From Rhodothermales bacterium (lineage in GTDB: Bacteria > Bacteroidota > Rhodothermia > Rhodothermales > Bin80), in assembly GCA_965207385.1 (NCBI GenBank), contig CBDBLZ010000008.1, forward strand, positions 3,347 to 67,346: a stretch of 64,000 nt of DNA. The letters are read 5' to 3'. A program made the translations under genes and the position numbers. The notes beneath the pieces were generated by a model that did no database searches, had not been told where the DNA came from, and saw only the letters and a list, made by a program, of their open reading frames with translations. Of the stretch, positions 19,091 through 28,421 are shown one piece after another (position 1 is the stretch's first letter; each line of letters starts with the position of its first letter).

Positions 19091-19939
19091 CTAGTATCTG
19101 AGATTCGTTAGGTGGGCCATGGCAGAGGTAACGCTTGCGAAGGCATCTTCCGGATGATCGTGCTCCACAAAGTAGTGGACAAGGCCCGCGCCTTCGCTCG
19201 CGGCGAAGATGGGGCCGAATTCGATTTCGCCCGCTCCAACCGAAGTTATCGAGCCGTCTGCGGCCATGTCCTTGACATGGCACAGCGGAAATCGTCCCGG
19301 ATGAAGGGCAAAGTAGGCCAGGGTGTTCTTGCCGCCAACTCGTATCCAGTACAGATCCAGCTCCATCTTGACCAGGTCCGGATCGGTTTCAGCCAGGAGC
19401 AGATCGTAGGGGATCACCCCGTCCGTGTCCTCGAACTCGAATTCATGGTTATGATAGGCAAACTGCACGCCGGCCTCACGAGCCGCCGCACCCACTTCAT
19501 TGAATAAAGCGGCGTGCTGCCGGTAATGCTCCAGCGACCGCTCTTCCGGGGCCAGCCAGGGACAAACGATGTAGCCATGGCCGAGTGCCGAGGCCGACTC
19601 CAGTACGCCAGCCAGGTCGTCACGCAGCACCTCGATAGGCACATGCGCAGCCGGCGCCACCAGCCCCACCTCGTTGAGCAACGCGCGGATGTCCGCGGGA
19701 TCCCGGTCAAAATACCCGGCAAACTCCACCTCCGTGTATCCCAGGGACGCCACACGCCGGATGGTCCCTTCGAAGTCGTTCTCCATGTGGCCACGCACCG
19801 TGTACAATTGCAAACCGATGGCCGGTAGTGCCATTCCTTCGGGAACGAGCGGCTCAGGGTCCGTATCGCGCGCGCACCCCATGCCCCAGAGCATGCCGGC
19901 GGCCGCCGCGGAGGACTGCACGAACTTTCTTCTGTTCAT
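19091..19939 (-). CDS. Tat-exported sugar phosphate isomerase/epimerase (xylose isomerase-like TIM barrel)
   Basis: Twin-arginine signal MNRRKFVQSSAAAAGMLWG followed by a TIM-barrel pattern (GYTEVEFAGY...YHNHEFEF). Confidence 0.85.
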   Translation of the reverse strand: MNRRKFVQSSAAAAGMLWGMGCARDTDPEPLVPEGMALPAIGLQLYTVRGHMENDFEGTIRRVASLGYTEVEFAGYFDRDPADIRALLNEVGLVAPAAHVPIEVLRDDLAGVLESASALGHGYIVCPWLAPEERSLEHYRQHAALFNEVGAAAREAGVQFAYHNHEFEFEDTDGVIPYDLLLAETDPDLVKMELDLYWIRVGGKNTLAYFALHPGRFPLCHVKDMAADGSITSVGAGEIEFGPIFAASEGAGLVHYFVEHDHPEDAFASVTSAMAHLTNLRY

Positions 19940-20689
19940 GATCGAGGAGTATTAATGATGCTGCAGGAAAATTCCCTGATAGATTTCGGACATCCACGCG
20001 GGTGGGAGCGCCGTTTCACCCCACGGGCGGCGCCCGCCCCTGCTGCCACAGGCGCGGCTCGCCAGGCCACCAGATTGAACAAGCGGTTTGAACACTTCAT
20101 CTTGAGGCGCTTCCCTCCGCACGGGCACATTGCCCGGCCGACCGCGCACGTTCGGAAGTCCGATGCCAACATAGGCCGCCGCTTGTGGCCCGTCGCCGAT
20201 GTTCGGGAAGGCGCACGTACCGCATTGGCCAAGCCGGCAAAGGGCTGCGCATCCCTGGCATACTATGCGTACGTTGCATTCGGAAGTGAGTGGTGACCCT
20301 GGAGCTCGCGAGAGCAATCGCGGCACCGCACGATATCCTTCTTGGCGGCCCATAAAGTACGCCAATTCCCAAACGTTATGCGAGAGGCCAGAGGCCGCGC
20401 TCCGATCCGGCTACTTCCCCGCCTTGCCCTGCTGCCCGCACGGCCCAGGCCCGGCAGCGCTCGGACGGTCGCCCACCCGTGCAGCACAGCCAAATTGGCG
20501 CCAAAGCCTATTCGGCTGCACAAATTGAAGAATGTCCTAATTCTGCTGCAGCCGGCGGCTTACGGTCGAAGAGCCGGCACCGGAACCTGCGAACGTCACC
20601 GCGCTTGTGCAAATTCCGGTGTACAAGCCGCAGTTCCGTGCTCATGCGTCTCGCTTCGCAAGACCCGCCGCACCATTTATTCCGTGCAT

Positions 20690-21535
20690 ATGAATCTCTT
20701 TGCTGTCCTCTTCCTGACGGTACAAGTGCCGCCACAAGCCGCGTCCGCCCTGCGGGACGCGCTTACGTTTCACGTCAGTTTCGACACCGGCTTTAACGCC
20801 GATCTCTCAAGAGGTGACCCGAATCTGTACCACGCTCCCGGCTGGCGGGATCGGGACGCGGCGGCGGCACATGTGCCCGACTCTGAACCGGTGTCCGCCG
20901 GCCCGGGCCGCCATGGTAGATCGATAGTCTTTACCGGCTACACCGAGGGCGTTTTCTTCTACCGCGCAGCCGACAACCTGGTATACCAGGAGGAGGACTG
21001 GAGCGCAACCGTGTCTTTCTGGCTAAAGCTTGATCCCGACGAAGACCTGGAGCCGGGGCAGTGGTGCGATCCGATACAGATCACATCAAGGTCTTGGGAT
21101 GACGGCGCCCTTTTTGTGGACTTCACCCGGCAGGTTCCCCGGCGCTTCAGGCTGGCGGCGTTCGCCGACCGCAGTGTATGGAATCCCTCCGGCCAGGACT
21201 GGCAAGAAATGCCGGACGGCGCCATGCCCATGATCACGGTGGAAGATCCTCCGTTCGGCGCCGATCGCTGGACACACGTCGCTGTGACGTTTCGAGGATT
21301 CAATTCCACGCCTGGCGCAGCCGTACTTACGGCATACCTTAACGGCGAGCCCGCAGGTGCCCTCCGGGACAGGCCGCAGTCCATCAGCTGGCGCGGCGAA
21401 GAAGTGCTGGCGCAGATCGGCCTTCAAATGGTTGGAGCGATGGATGATCTCGCCTTCTTTGACCGCGAGCTTAAGGCGTCGGAGATTCGTGAGCTCTACG
21501 GACTCGCGGGCGGCGTAGGGTCGCTTTACCAATAG
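20690..21535 (+). CDS. LamG / concanavalin-A-like lectin domain protein, secreted
   Basis: Trimmed to ATG 20690 (MNLFAVLFLTVQVPPQAASA). The LamG-type C-terminus reads HVAVTF...LNGEPAG...MDDLAFFDRELKASEIRELY. Confidence 0.7.
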   Translation: MNLFAVLFLTVQVPPQAASALRDALTFHVSFDTGFNADLSRGDPNLYHAPGWRDRDAAAAHVPDSEPVSAGPGRHGRSIVFTGYTEGVFFYRAADNLVYQEEDWSATVSFWLKLDPDEDLEPGQWCDPIQITSRSWDDGALFVDFTRQVPRRFRLAAFADRSVWNPSGQDWQEMPDGAMPMITVEDPPFGADRWTHVAVTFRGFNSTPGAAVLTAYLNGEPAGALRDRPQSISWRGEEVLAQIGLQMVGAMDDLAFFDRELKASEIRELYGLAGGVGSLYQ

Positions 21536-21536
21536 C

Positions 21537-24440
21537 ATGCCCTGCCTCGATATGCGCCTTCCCGTCGCCATTTCCGTGGCCATTCTTGCCTCGGCGTGCA
21601 ACAGGAGTCAGCTGCCTCCCCATAGCGCCGATTCTGCACTGCAGATGTTTGAAATTGTGGAAGGCTTTTCCATCGAGCTGTTTGCCGCCGAGCCGCTGGT
21701 CATGGACCCGGTAGCCATGGAAATAGACGAGTACGGGCGCCTGTACGTGGTAGAGATGCCCGGCTACCCGCTCGACACCAGCGGTTCCGGAAGGATCAGG
21801 ATGCTGCACGATACGGACGGTGACGGCACCCCGGACGAAGCCACCATGTTCGCGGATGGCCTGCGACTGCCCACAGGCGTAATGCGCTGGAAGGAAGGCA
21901 TTCTCGTTACCGATCCGCCTGATGTGCTCTACCTGGAAGACACCGACGGCGATGGCCGCTCGGACTTGCGTAGGCGCATGCTGACTGGCTTCGCGCTGAG
22001 CAATCCCCAGCACAACGCGAACACGCCCGTTTACGGTCTGGACAACTGGATTTACGTTGCCAACAATGCCACGATTTCGTGGACGGAGAAGTACGCCGAT
22101 CCGTTCGGCGACCGCGGCGACGAAATCCATTTTGTGGCGCGGCCCGCCGGGCCGCGCCTGCCCAGAAACGGCGCTGACCGCAACATTCGCTTTCGCCCGG
22201 ACAGCTACGAGCTCGAGTCGCTCAGCGGCAAGTCCCAGTTCGGCCACACGTTCGACGCGTGGGGACGCCACTTCCTGAACGACAACAGCCACCACCATTA
22301 CTACGAGGCCATAGCGGCGCGCTACTTCGAGCGCAATACATCCGCCCCGGTGGGACAGGCCACCCAGTCCTCCTCCGATCACGGCGACGCCGCGGAGGTC
22401 TATCCCATTACCGTGCGTCCGGAGCATCAGCTCCTCACAGACCGCGGCGTTTTCACCTCGGCCTGTGGCATCACCTACTACCTGGGCGGGCTGTTCCCGG
22501 CGCCGTACGATGAGGGGGTCACCTTCTCGGCCGAGCCCGTGCATAACCTCGTGCACGTGGACAAGGTGCGCAGCGAAGGGGCGGGATTTGTGGCCTCGCG
22601 CATGCACGAGGGGCGCGAGTTCCTGGCTTCATCGGACAGCTGGTTTCGACCAGTCAGCTTCCGTCTGGGCCCGGACGGAGCACTCTATCTCGTCGACTAC
22701 TACCGGCAGATAGTCGAGCACCCGGAATGGATGGACGATGCCGTGGTCAGCGCAGGCAATTTGCAGCGAGGCTCGGACCGCGGCAGAATCTACCGCATTG
22801 TACCGCGCGGCACCGATCCGCCGCGGTGGCTCGGTGCGCTCGATCCCGGCTCGTCGGAAGACCTCGTGGCAAGGCTTGACGATCCAAACGTCTGGTGGCG
22901 CCTGAGCGCCCAGCGGCTCCTTCTGGATCGCCAGGACACAGCAGCGGCCCCCCTGCTTCGTGCGATGGCTGCCGAAGCAGCTACGGCGGAGGGCCGGCTC
23001 CAGGCCCTCTGGACGCTCGATGGCCTGCGGCTGCTGGACAGTGATCTCCTGCAGGCCGCACTGCGCGATCCCCATCCGGGCGTGCGGGAAAATGCCGTGC
23101 GGCTGGCGGAAAAGCACCTTGAACAATGGCCGAACCTGGCCGCGGACATTGTCGCCTCCGGCGACGATCCGGACCCCAGGGTCCGATTCCAGGCACTGAA
23201 CTCGCTCGGTTTGGTAGAGGGCAGCGAGGCAACGCGCGCGCAGAGGCAGATCCTGGAGCAGGATATGCAGGATGAATGGGTGCAGGCTGCGGCACTGTTA
23301 TCCATGGACGTGACCGAACTGTTTGAGGCGGCGCTGTCCCGCCAGGGGTTTCCAGGTTTCGTGGAGCGCATTGCCGAATCAATGGCCCGAAGCGGCAGCG
23401 GCAGCATGCTGCTGGGGCGCGTGCTGGTAGCGGATGCAGATGCCTGGTGGCACGCGCCGGCCCTGAAGGGGCTTGCACGCGGTGGCAGCTCGAGAACGCT
23501 GGCACACGAGGAGGTGCAGTCACTGTCGGCGCGCCTTTGGGCTGCGACCGACACAGAGGTTGCGCGCGCAGCGCTCGAGATTCTCAACGAGGCAGAATTG
23601 CCGCAGCAGACCCTGGAAGCGGCTATTGCCGTAGCAGCAAACCGTCGTGAACCGGTTGAGCGCAGAACGCTGGCAGTGGACGTGCTGGCTACGGACGGCA
23701 GCCTGGCTAGCGAGCTGCTGCGCTTGCTCAGCCCGGAGCAGCCACTGGACGTGCAGCTGGCGGCACTGCGCGGACTGGGGAGCGCGGGGGGCGCAAGCGC
23801 CGGCCGCGAGGTATTGGCCAGATGGCCCGTGCTTACGCCACGCCTGAGGCAGGAAGCGCTCCGCATCTTCTTTACTATCGAACGCGCGCCCTTGCTCATG
23901 GAGGCACTGGAAGACGGGCGCATACTTCCGTCCGAGCTATCGTGGAACCAGCGGGTCCGTCTCATGCGGGACACGGAAGAGCCCCTGCGCACCAGAGCCC
24001 GTACACTGCTGCAGGCAGATGACTTTGCCGCCGAGCCCTCTAAATCCGGCACCCAGGGAAACGCAGAGCGCGGTGCGGCCATTTACGCCAGCCTGTGCGC
24101 CACTTGCCACGCGGGCGGAACCTTCGGTCCCGACCTGGCTACGGTGCGCCACTGGCCGAGTGCCATTCTTGCGGCCGACATCCGCAACCCGGACCGATCC
24201 ATCGCCAGCGGGTATGGACTGTGGGACATCGTCACGGGAGCAGGTGATTCGCTTCGCGGTATTATCGGCTCCGAGACACCGTCCGCCATAACGCTTGTCA
24301 CGCAGTCTGAACGCACAACTATCCTGCGATCCAACATCGCCGGGGTCCGCCCGGTTGTGGCGTCAGCCATGCCCGGGAGTCTTGTCCCGGACGATGAATC
24401 CATGGAGGACCTGGTGGCCTATCTGAAAAGGCCGAATTGA
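21537..24440 (+). CDS. PVC-type (Pirellula/Verrucomicrobium-type) membrane-bound-dehydrogenase-domain protein with HEAT repeats and C-terminal c-type haem domain; lipoprotein
   Basis: Lipobox VAILASAC. N-terminal domain FEIVEGFSIELFAAEPLVMDPVAMEIDEYGRLYVVEMPGYP. HEAT-like repeats follow. The C-terminal CxxCH is GAAIYASLCATCHAGG. It starts 1 nt after the LamG stop. Confidence 0.85.
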   Translation: MPCLDMRLPVAISVAILASACNRSQLPPHSADSALQMFEIVEGFSIELFAAEPLVMDPVAMEIDEYGRLYVVEMPGYPLDTSGSGRIRMLHDTDGDGTPDEATMFADGLRLPTGVMRWKEGILVTDPPDVLYLEDTDGDGRSDLRRRMLTGFALSNPQHNANTPVYGLDNWIYVANNATISWTEKYADPFGDRGDEIHFVARPAGPRLPRNGADRNIRFRPDSYELESLSGKSQFGHTFDAWGRHFLNDNSHHHYYEAIAARYFERNTSAPVGQATQSSSDHGDAAEVYPITVRPEHQLLTDRGVFTSACGITYYLGGLFPAPYDEGVTFSAEPVHNLVHVDKVRSEGAGFVASRMHEGREFLASSDSWFRPVSFRLGPDGALYLVDYYRQIVEHPEWMDDAVVSAGNLQRGSDRGRIYRIVPRGTDPPRWLGALDPGSSEDLVARLDDPNVWWRLSAQRLLLDRQDTAAAPLLRAMAAEAATAEGRLQALWTLDGLRLLDSDLLQAALRDPHPGVRENAVRLAEKHLEQWPNLAADIVASGDDPDPRVRFQALNSLGLVEGSEATRAQRQILEQDMQDEWVQAAALLSMDVTELFEAALSRQGFPGFVERIAESMARSGSGSMLLGRVLVADADAWWHAPALKGLARGGSSRTLAHEEVQSLSARLWAATDTEVARAALEILNEAELPQQTLEAAIAVAANRREPVERRTLAVDVLATDGSLASELLRLLSPEQPLDVQLAALRGLGSAGGASAGREVLARWPVLTPRLRQEALRIFFTIERAPLLMEALEDGRILPSELSWNQRVRLMRDTEEPLRTRARTLLQADDFAAEPSKSGTQGNAERGAAIYASLCATCHAGGTFGPDLATVRHWPSAILAADIRNPDRSIASGYGLWDIVTGAGDSLRGIIGSETPSAITLVTQSERTTILRSNIAGVRPVVASAMPGSLVPDDESMEDLVAYLKRPN

Positions 24441-24497
24441 GCCGCGATCGACCTGCTGCCCCTGTAACCTGCCCCTGCGCACAACCTGCCCGATACC

Positions 24498-25247
24498 ATG
24501 CATTTCCGCTCTCTTCTGCTGATTCCGGCGCTGATGCTCCTGAATTCGAATGCGACCGCCCAGATTCCTTCTTTGGATGAGTGGGCCGTCCATGACCTCG
24601 ACCGTCCGCAACCGGCCATGGTTGCGCCCGGAGCTCCGGTCAGCATCGCGCCGCCCTCGGATGCCATGGTGCTGTTCGACGGCACGGACCTTTCCCAATG
24701 GGAGCACCTGAGCGGAGAGGCTGCTTCATGGATTATCAACGACGGCTACATGGAAGTAGCGCCCCGCAGCGGATCCATCCGCACGCGCGCAGGATTTGGA
24801 GACGTACAGCTTCACGTCGAGTGGTCCACTCCCAACAGCGGCTCGGGACAGGACAGCGGCAACAGCGGTGTCTATCTCATGAGCACCTACGAAGTCCAGG
24901 TGCTGAATTCGTACGGCAATGAGACCTATCCCGACGGTCAGGCTGCAGCAATCTACGGGCAGTATCCCCCACTCGTGAACGCCAGTCGGCCACCGGATTC
25001 ATGGCAGTCCTACGACATTGTTTTCCGGCGCCCGCGCTTTGGCGGCGACGGTGTGTTGGCCTCGCCGGCACGCCTGACCGTGTTTCACAATGGCGTGCTG
25101 GTACAGGATAACGTTACGCTTACGGGTCCAACGGGGCACTATTCGCGTCCGCCCTACGCCCCTCACGAGGACCGGCTACCTATCGTGCTTCAGGACCACA
25201 ACGAGCCGACCCGGTACCGCAATATCTGGATTCGCAATCTGGAGTAG
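24498..25247 (+). CDS. DUF1080 (3-keto-disaccharide hydrolase-like) domain protein, secreted
   Basis: Signal peptide MHFRSLLLIPALMLLNSNATAQ. DUF1080-type motifs WIINDGYMEV, GNSGVYLMSTYEVQVL, VFHNGVLVQDNV and LQDHNEPTRYRNIWIR. Confidence 0.85.
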   Translation: MHFRSLLLIPALMLLNSNATAQIPSLDEWAVHDLDRPQPAMVAPGAPVSIAPPSDAMVLFDGTDLSQWEHLSGEAASWIINDGYMEVAPRSGSIRTRAGFGDVQLHVEWSTPNSGSGQDSGNSGVYLMSTYEVQVLNSYGNETYPDGQAAAIYGQYPPLVNASRPPDSWQSYDIVFRRPRFGGDGVLASPARLTVFHNGVLVQDNVTLTGPTGHYSRPPYAPHEDRLPIVLQDHNEPTRYRNIWIRNLE

Positions 25248-25259
25248 CCGGCCGAATCC

Positions 25260-26162
25260 ATGGAGTTCCTCGTGGCGGGAATCGATATCGGCGGTACGCG
25301 TACACGCTCCGCAGTCGCGTCCGTAGATGCACCCGCGAGGATACTTTGCCGGCGCGACCGAATGACGCCCGGGCCGGGCGTAGCGGCCGTCATTGACGCC
25401 ATAGCGGAGGACCTGGAGGCCTGTTGCTCTGAGTTGGGCCGAGGCGATATCGTCGCTGCGGGCTGTACTGCGCCCGGGATGACCGACCCGGAGCGCGGTC
25501 TCGTAGTGGAGGCTGCCAACCTGCCGGGATGGAATGCCGTCCCCCTGCGCAGCCTGCTTCAGCAGCGCCTGGACGTCCGGGTCGCTGTCGAAAACGACGT
25601 CAATGCAGCGGCCATGGCAGAGGCAGCCTATGGCCATGCCGCCGGATGCCGCACTGCTGTATATGTCACGGTCAGTACCGGTATCGCGGCCGGCATCCTG
25701 GTAGACGGAAAGCTGCTCCGCGGCAGCCACCACTCGGAGGGCGAGTTGGGTTCAATGGTTCCTGAACCTGGCCACCTCGACAAGGACTGGAGACCGAACG
25801 GCTGTCTGGAGAGTCTCGCGGCCGGCGTAGGACTGGCTGAAGCCTGGAGGAAAGCCGGTGGCAAGCCCAGTGCGCGGCACGTGTTCGAATCGGCAGAGTC
25901 GGGCAGTGAAAAGGCTCTGGCCCTGGTGCGCAGGACCCGCGACTACCTTGCGCAGGCCCTCATTGCCGTCGGCTGCATCGTTGATCCCCAGATTGTGATC
26001 CTGGGCGGCAGCATCGCCCTAAACCAGAGGGTTGTGGCCAAAGACCTTGAACAGCGCCTGCGGTCGGCACTGCCTTTTCCACCCGCGCTGGCGTTCGCCC
26101 GCTTCGGCGAAGACAACCCGCTCATCGGCGCACTCGCCATGGCCAGCGCGCTTACGGAATGA
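25260..26162 (+). CDS. ROK family sugar kinase
   Basis: N-terminal ATP-binding motif VAGIDIGGTRTR. ROK-like central region (VENDVNAAAMAEA). It starts 12 nt after DUF1080. Confidence 0.85.
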   Translation: MEFLVAGIDIGGTRTRSAVASVDAPARILCRRDRMTPGPGVAAVIDAIAEDLEACCSELGRGDIVAAGCTAPGMTDPERGLVVEAANLPGWNAVPLRSLLQQRLDVRVAVENDVNAAAMAEAAYGHAAGCRTAVYVTVSTGIAAGILVDGKLLRGSHHSEGELGSMVPEPGHLDKDWRPNGCLESLAAGVGLAEAWRKAGGKPSARHVFESAESGSEKALALVRRTRDYLAQALIAVGCIVDPQIVILGGSIALNQRVVAKDLEQRLRSALPFPPALAFARFGEDNPLIGALAMASALTE

Positions 26163-27141
26163 CCCGAATGGTGTCGGCAGCCGGCGGGACCTCGGCGGCA
26201 GAAAGCCTGCCGTCAGCAGCCAGGCGCTCCAGCATGCCCCGACTGAGCTCGAACGGCCGCTCCAGATCCACCGTGTCGAGGGCTATTTCGTAATTGTCCG
26301 CGAACAGTCGAATACGGTCCAGTCGTCTTTCCAGTGCGATACGGTCCTCAAAGGCATAGACAAGCGAGCTGTCCTGCTCAATCCAGTAAGGCCTTCGCAG
26401 GTCATCGTCTATTCTGACTTGCAGGCGCTCCACTATTTCCGTAGCTAGTACGGTGGCATGAATTCGGGAACCAAAGCGGATGGCTTCCGCTGCCGTCTGA
26501 GCATCTGACGCTGCGGTATCGCCGAGTGCCATACCTGGTGAATTCCCGTCAGACAGTGCACCCGGCCCAGAGAATAACCGGAATACCAGGGCAACCACAC
26601 CAGACACAAGCACCAGGGCGACGGCTATCCACAACGGCCGGGACCTGGCACGCCTTCGAAACCGCCGGCTCGGGCCGGGCGGCGGGGCAGGCTGGGTCGT
26701 CACGCTTGCCATTACGGCCGTAAAGGTATCTCCTGCCGGCGGAGCCGCGGGCTCATCCGCTACCAATTCATGTGGTTCGGGTGATGGCAGAAGGGCCTCT
26801 TCCTCCGTCGGCTGCGCATCCTCGGCCGGATCTTCGTCCTTCTCCACGAAATCGGGCGATAGCCGGCCTGCGTATTGGTCTGCCAGCATCTCCTCAAGAG
26901 CCTGAACCATGACCTCCGCCGGAATTCCGACATGCTGCGCGTAGGTCTTGGCCAGCGACCTGAGATAGACCCGATTGAACAAGGGATTATCGAGCAGTCT
27001 CGCCTGCTCGAATTCCTCCAGTGTCGAGAGCGCAACCTTTGTGCGGACAGACAATTCCTCAAGGGACATGCCTTGTTGCTCGCGAAGCCCGGAAAGGTCG
27101 CGAACGAATCGGCTGCGGGAATCGGAAGAATCAGACATCAA
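26152..27141 (-). CDS. RodZ-like helix-turn-helix membrane protein
   Basis: N-terminal HTH GLREQQGMSLEELSVRTKVALSTLEEFEQ...RVYLRSLAKTYA. A Pro/Ala-rich linker precedes a single TM segment (LWIAVALVLVSGVVALVF) and a C-terminal domain. Its 3' end overlaps the convergent ROK gene by 11 nt. Confidence 0.7.
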   Translation of the reverse strand: MMSDSSDSRSRFVRDLSGLREQQGMSLEELSVRTKVALSTLEEFEQARLLDNPLFNRVYLRSLAKTYAQHVGIPAEVMVQALEEMLADQYAGRLSPDFVEKDEDPAEDAQPTEEEALLPSPEPHELVADEPAAPPAGDTFTAVMASVTTQPAPPPGPSRRFRRRARSRPLWIAVALVLVSGVVALVFRLFSGPGALSDGNSPGMALGDTAASDAQTAAEAIRFGSRIHATVLATEIVERLQVRIDDDLRRPYWIEQDSSLVYAFEDRIALERRLDRIRLFADNYEIALDTVDLERPFELSRGMLERLAADGRLSAAEVPPAADTIRVIP

Positions 27142-28005
27142 CAGATACTCGGCGGGAAATCTCTGCCGGATGTGCTGTTAGCCTATAAAAGCCCAGCTTG
27201 TAACCTAAGGATTCGCCGTTCCATATAAAAGTGTTGACAAAGATCCCTTGCAAAGGGCCGGATGTATACGAATTCCGGTGCAATCGGCCCCCCCGCATGC
27301 GCCGGCGGCGCCATTGACTGCGCGCCGGATTCAACCGGAAACTGGCCAGCCATTGCTCCTGCCCCAAAAACGGCTCGTGCCGGCTAGACTGTGCGCCAGT
27401 CAAACCAGCCGCAACGCCATTGCGCAGTGCGGCGCCCGCCCAGGTCGACCGGTGGTGTAGAGGCCACAGCCGGCCCGGGGCTTCGGCTCCATTCTGCGGA
27501 TGGAAGGCCACGCTCCCGACAGGCAAGGACCGAAGCGGACTACCTGCTATCGGCAGGCGGAACGCCCATGCGACGCTCAAAACTATGCGAACCGAGAGCG
27601 GCTGGGCAAGCATGCCTTGACTGCGCCCGGCGGAGCGTGCGCCATCGACACGTGCTACATCGCACCCGGTCGCCGCTTGGGCAGCTGCACGAAATCCGGC
27701 CTCCCCGGGAAGACCGGCCAATTGTGAAGCCTCCGAGCCGCTTACCGGGCCAGTCTTCTTGAGTCTTGCAGGGACCTTCGGAAAGGACGCTATCCTCCGC
27801 CGGCGGAGAATGGTCTTGGCCCGATGCTGCGCCACCAATGCGGCGATCCGGCCAGTCGAGCCATCCGTCAACGCGCTCCAGGCCGGAGCCTAACGACAGA
27901 CGAACCGGCTACCGAAGGACACCCTACTTTTCGCCCGAGACGTTAGCCGAGCCGGCTCCACCATAACTGCCGACCGGGCGCGGCACCCTCCCGGATGACA
28001 TCCTG

Positions 28006-28079
28006 TCGGGACGGCGAGATTCGAACTCGCGACCCCTTCAACCCCATTGAAGTGCGCTACCTGGCTGCGCTACGTCCCG
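28006..28079 (-). tRNA. tRNA-Pro: tRNA-Pro (anticodon GGG), 74 nt, CCA not encoded
   Basis: Hand-folded cloverleaf from the reverse complement. Acceptor CGGGACG/CGTCCCG plus discriminator A. D arm GCGC-AGCCAGGTA-GCGC. Anticodon stem CTTCA/TGAAG with loop AT-GGG-GT. T arm GCGAG-TTCGAAT-CTCGC. Confidence 0.9.
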
Positions 28080-28088
28080 TTGCCGCGT

Positions 28089-28421
28089 CTACTGCAACTG
28101 GTTCGCAATGTTCTCCAGAAATCCGCGAAGCCTCAGCAGAGCGAGTCGCCTTTCATTGGGCCGGGGTCTAGGCCTATCCTCTCGACTGAGTACGCGGCGC
28201 GCACCTTCAACGGTATACTTTTCGACGCGCAGCAGATGCATTATAGACTCGATGACCGCAATATCCTCCGCTGTGTAAATCCTTCGGCCTACCCGGTTCT
28301 TGCGTGGATTCAACTCATCAAACTCCGCCTCCCAGTAGCGGAGAACATGCGTTTCCACCCCCATCATCGAAGCTACTTCTCCGATGGAGTAATACAACTT
28401 TGTAATGCTATTGGGCAGCAT
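28089..28421 (-). CDS. MerR family transcriptional regulator
   Basis: Trimmed to ATG 28421. The MerR HTH reads YYSIGEVASMMGVETHVLRYWEAEF...RRIYTAEDI. It lies 9 nt upstream of tRNA-Pro on the same strand. Confidence 0.85.
   Translation of the reverse strand: MLPNSITKLYYSIGEVASMMGVETHVLRYWEAEFDELNPRKNRVGRRIYTAEDIAVIESIMHLLRVEKYTVEGARRVLSREDRPRPRPNERRLALLRLRGFLENIANQLQ

Noticed and set aside
19952-20365. The Cys-rich 137-aa ORF as a HiPIP/ferredoxin-like iron-sulfur protein in the sugar-oxidation operon.
   Set aside because: The Cys spacing does not match HiPIP (no GWC...W motif). There is no Tat/Sec signal. GC3 is only about 75% in a spot check. It is kept only as part of the long-intergenic finding.
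27896-27918. ACAGACGAACCGGCUACCG resembles the RNase P RNA CR-V/P4 3' strand (ACAGAAnCCGGCUUA), which suggested that the 860-bp non-coding block is rnpB.
   Set aside because: The match has a 3-nt insertion in a normally invariant element. I could not find a matching CR-I (GGAAAGUCCGG) on either strand. The nearest candidates (GGAAGGCCACGC at 27502, GAAAUCCGGCC at 27691) cannot form P4 and are wrongly spaced. I also saw no tmRNA or SRP RNA signatures.
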